NCBI GenBank assembly: GCA_028023455.1
Contig: JAQFVV010000006.1
Location: forward strand, 8,060,001 to 8,124,000
Reading direction: 5' to 3'
Source of the DNA: Epiperipatus broadwayi
Lineage: Eukaryota > Animalia > Onychophora
DNA length: 64,000 bases
A model generated the notes under the pieces. It had not been told where the DNA came from. It ran no database searches and saw nothing but the letters and a program-made list of their open reading frames with translations. Position numbers and translations under genes: made by a program. This document shows, piece by piece, positions 59,985-64,000 of the stretch (the first letter of the stretch is position 1; every line of letters starts with the position of its first letter).

Positions 59985-62645
59985 GATAAAATTGTAATCA
60001 GAATATCATGCCATAAGTAATAAATTTTAATTTTTTAATTATTTGAATATATATATACTTTTAATTATTTGATAAATGGTATAATTTATTGTGTTTGCAT
60101 TTGTATTGGTGTGTCTGTGTTAGTATATGAATTATATACTATATAAATTATATTTGCATTCAATATAACAGAAGTGGTTTATGTACAATGTAACTTTGGA
60201 GCTCTGATCCAAGTGTGGGGCAACCATATTTTATAGACATAATGATTCTTAAAATATTTAATAATTTATTAGTAGGTTTATATTTGTATTAGTGTGTTTG
60301 TGTTTGCATGTCTGTATTTATATGACAAGTAATGATGTTTATGTATAAAAATTACAGAGCAGTGCCATGTAAATTTTAAGACTAATTATCAGATGTGCAG
60401 AAAGGTTGCAGTTGATAAAGCAATCACAAAATTTACTGGGCATCATGCGAACATATAAACACTTAAACCCAATAAAGAGAGATTTCAAATGGTGTGTGCA
60501 TGATGATAGACACAATGGTTATGTATATACCACACGGAATTGTATGCAGGCAAAGAATCAAATCCTGATTCTTGCCTATGCCTTGGTACTCATGCTGTGG
60601 AATCAGTAGATTTGCCACATCTTGCATCACATTATTTTCAAGTCTATGGCTAGCAAATGAGCGATATGCAAATAAATTATATTTCTTTTGGTCAATAAAT
60701 ATAATAAAATAGCATCACTGGTGTCCATAAAGAATATAAACATCACTGGTGTACACAAAAAATATAAAATGAAGAGATGAAACTCATTTTATCATTGATA
60801 CAGAAAGTAGCCTACAATTTCTAGTTTTAGATAGACAAGAAGCCAATTGCTATGATGATAAATGCATATCCACCTTCTGGAAATTGATTATGATGAATCT
60901 TTTATTGGGATGATTTTATTATGATGAATCTTTTTCTTATAGATGCCTTGAGATTTGTTACTTTTGGGATACAAGATAAAAATTAAGAATTCTTATGTTT
61001 CTACTTTTGGAGATTCTGAAGCTATGGATTATATCAGGTAAAAAGTATTATATATGGTTCGAAGGAGAATTTTGTGAGAAATACAAAGAAATTATCAATG
61101 AGGATGTAATTTATATTAATTAATGATACATTAGAAATTATGAACAAACAATAAAGTAATAATTATTTTGGATATTAAATTTTCTTTTTTTTCCCCTTAC
61201 CTTTTTAATGGTAATCACTATTTGTCTTAGCTTTATTGTTTGCCTTAGTTTTTCTATTTTCTGCCAATATATAGCACTTTGTTCTAAAATTGTTATTGCA
61301 AAAATTGTGTCTCAAGTCAGTTTTTTAAAAATTCAATATGGTGCCAAAGCCATTAAAACTGTTAAAAAATAAGGTAAAAATGAATTAAGGTAGGATGCAA
61401 ATTTGTAATGAATTAACATTTGTAATTTTTTTTGTCGTTGTTGTTCTGCCTTTCAAATTTTACTTTCTTATTAAAAGCTGAAGATTTGAAGTACTAAAAT
61501 CTTAAAACAATTTTAATATTAATGCTTCGCAGTATTAAGCTGGTGACCCACTCGTCTTATTTGATTGGTCAAAATGTTTTCTTTTTTAATGACATAAAAA
61601 CTATAAGCATGATGTCAACAAAAATACAGGCATTTTATACATCTTTTACATAGTTTTCTAATGGTGTCTTTAACAAAAAATTCCGATGAAAATCGGATTT
61701 TTTATTGTTTTTTTTTGTAACCGGTGCATTTAAGTTGTTTTTTTTTATCAATTTTGTAATTTCCATGAAGCGATAAAGATAGAGAATACTTAAAGGCCTA
61801 AAAATACACTTTTATCGGAATAAAAATACTCTGATTCACAAACAAGGCCTTCAATGGAGTCTAAACATATCAAGCTCATAAGTATACAATTTTAATTTTT
61901 TGAATATTTTAATTTTTTTAATTATTTGAAAAAATGAATTAATTTTTATTAATTTACATTTGTAGTAGCATGTATCTATATAAATTCTATGTTTATTCAT
62001 GCTCATATGAATTCATATTACGGTAATTTTATATGTTCTAATCTATTTATTTTATAAAACTAAACTTATTTTATAAAAATAATTAATAATTTATTATTTG
62101 AAAAATGATTTATTTGGTTTATATTGATGTGTGTGTGTGTGTAATATAAATTCTATATTGAACTTCTGCTCATATGAATTCATATATACGTTAATTTTGT
62201 GTGTTCTAATATACTTATTTTATAAAAATAATGATTCTCAAAAAGTTTAATAATTTATTATTTATTATTATGTTTATATGGTGTGTTTGTATTTACAAGT
62301 AATTATTTACAAAACTAATAATCAAATGTTCAGAAAGATTCCATATGAAGGCAAATAATCAAATTCTGATTCTTGCCTATGCCTTGATACTCGTGTGCTG
62401 TGGAGTCACTCTAGTTTTGCTATATGTTTCATCACATTATTTTCAAGTCTATAGCTAATAAATGGTGTATATGCAAATAAATTATATCTATGTGATACAA
62501 TAAATATAACAAGATAGCATCACTTGTGTGCATAATGAATATAAACATCACTGGTGTGCATAAAGAATATAAACATCACTGATGTACACAAAAAATATAA
62601 AATGAAGAGAAGAAACTCATTTTATCAGTGATCCAGACAGTAGCC

Positions 62646-63012
62646 CAGAGGTCCCCAACCCTATGCTTGTGGGCACCACGGCGCCTGCAGACCATTTTAC
62701 GTGTGCCCGCCACTATCCAAACACGATAAAAATTATTTATCTAATACAAATAAATTTAATTTTTAAAACTTCTTATAAATTATTGTATTATATTGTAATC
62801 AAATTGTAGAGCATACTATACTTTTACAGCGTAAAAATATAAATGTTAATTATAAGTTAAAATTTTATTTTTGAAATAAATATTTTTTTGTACATTATGT
62901 GTATTATTAACAATATCGAACTATAAATTTACATTGAAAATATAAATGGTGCCTGACATCTGGCCGGTATTATAGAATGTGCTCTTAAGTGCAAAAAGGT
63001 TGGGGACCCCTG
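62646..63012. mobile_element. hAT-superfamily MITE
   Basis: TIRs CAGAGGTCCCCAACC / GGTTGGGGACCCCTG; 8-bp TSD CAGTAGCC (62638-62645, 63013-63020); empty site in the paralogous copy near 60805-60812. Confidence 0.92.
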
Positions 63013-63494
63013 CAGTAGCCTGTAATTTCTAGTTTTAGATAGACAAGAAGCCAATTCCTATGATGACAAATGCATATCTATCTTCTGGAAATTATTTGTT
63101 TTGTATCTCTTATTAGGATGAATCTTTTTCTTATAGATGCCTTTGACATTTACTAACTTTTAGGGTACAAGATAAAAATGAAGAATTCTTATGCGAATAC
63201 TTTTGGAGATTCTGAAGCTATGGATTATCTCAGGAATGACAGCATATATGGTTTGAAAAATAATTTTGTGAGGAATACAAAGAAATTATCACTGAAGATG
63301 TAATTTAAACTTAGTTAATGATTAATTAAAAATTATGAACAAACAATAAAGTAATATTTATGTCGGATGTGAAAATTTTTTTTTTACCTTATTTTTTAAT
63401 GGTAATCACTATTTGTCAGCCTTATTGTTTTCCTTAGTTTTTCTAGTGTCTATCAATGTAATTTTTTTGCTCTAACAATATTAAAACTGAAGTT

Positions 63495-63598
63495 TTTTTC
63501 CCATGTGTCATAGCATCAGTCAGGGAGCGAACCCGCTAACCTGGGATAACTGCTTGTAAAGCAGCTGTCGCTGACCTCTCGACCACCAATGCTTGACT
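63495..63598 (-). mobile_element. tRNA-Gly-derived SINE (family C) with 14-bp TSD
   Basis: TTAAAACTGAAGTT at 63481-63494 and 63599-63612; absent from the paralogous copy 1. Confidence 0.88.
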
Positions 63599-63754
63599 TT
63601 AAAACTGAAGTTATTGTCCAAATTGTGTCTAAGGTCAGTTTTTAAAAAAATTCAATATGGCGTCTGGAGAATCAAGCAGTTAAAGTTTTAAATTTCTGTG
63701 TTTGTACATTATTATTTTAAAAGATCACTAATATCAAAAAATAGCAGCAGCAGC

Positions 63755-63818
<64 letters not shown>
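63755..63818. repeat. (AAT)n microsatellite
   Basis: About 21 perfect AAT units preceded by a short (AGC)n run. Confidence 0.97.
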
Positions 63819-64000
63819 GTAAAGGTTATATATATATTAAATTAGTAATCTGAAATCCTTGCATTGAGACTTTGACTAAGTGATCTTATTTTTAAAACTG
63901 TATAATTCAGGATCAAAAGAAAATATTGCTTTTCTTCATGTTTTAATGGTTATTTTGAACATGGATAACAGCGTTGAAAAGCAAATCTGTAAGCATTTTT

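Larger units (their letters stand above)
60540..63665 (+). repeat. Local duplication: copy 1 ~60540-61345, copy 2 ~62340-63665 (copy 2 carries two extra insertions)
   Basis: Collinear alignment from AATCAAAT.CTGATTCTTGCCTATGCCTTG to TTCAATATGG. Confidence 0.85.

Noticed and set aside
239-60609. Most short ORFs (60-140 aa) in the supplied track
   Set aside because: They are antisense shadows of LINE ORFs or chance frames in repeats and AT-rich DNA, with no recognisable domains or splice context.

Overview
AT-rich, CpG-depleted animal (probably arthropod) nuclear DNA made mostly of transposable elements and their relics; the species cannot be determined from the sequence. The only long intact ORF is a full-length RTE-clade LINE (35869-38844, APE endonuclease + reverse transcriptase). 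There are four further RTE copies or fragments, a frameshifted L1/Tx1-like LINE (48770-51100, minus), mariner relics, piggyBac-like and hAT MITEs, fold-back elements, a tRNA-Gly-derived SINE (4 copies), a local duplication, and a few tentative host promoter/exon signals. The most unusual feature is a dense population of self-cleaving-ribozyme motifs found by eye. About 27 near-complete type I minimal hammerhead motifs (plus partial ones) fall into four repeat lineages, here called A, B, E/H and F; about 14 keep the CUGANGA / GAAA / NUH core. Lineage A is a non-coding ~470-480 nt tandem monomer with Pol III A/B-like boxes (retrozyme-like). Lineage B is a Penelope-like pseudo-LTR carrying a GIY-YIG tail, a tRNA-Lys-like module and a hammerhead, inserted as palindromes. 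An HDV/CPEB3-like ribozyme fold sits in the RTE 5' UTR. All ribozyme calls come from manual structure matching; no activity or database search was possible.
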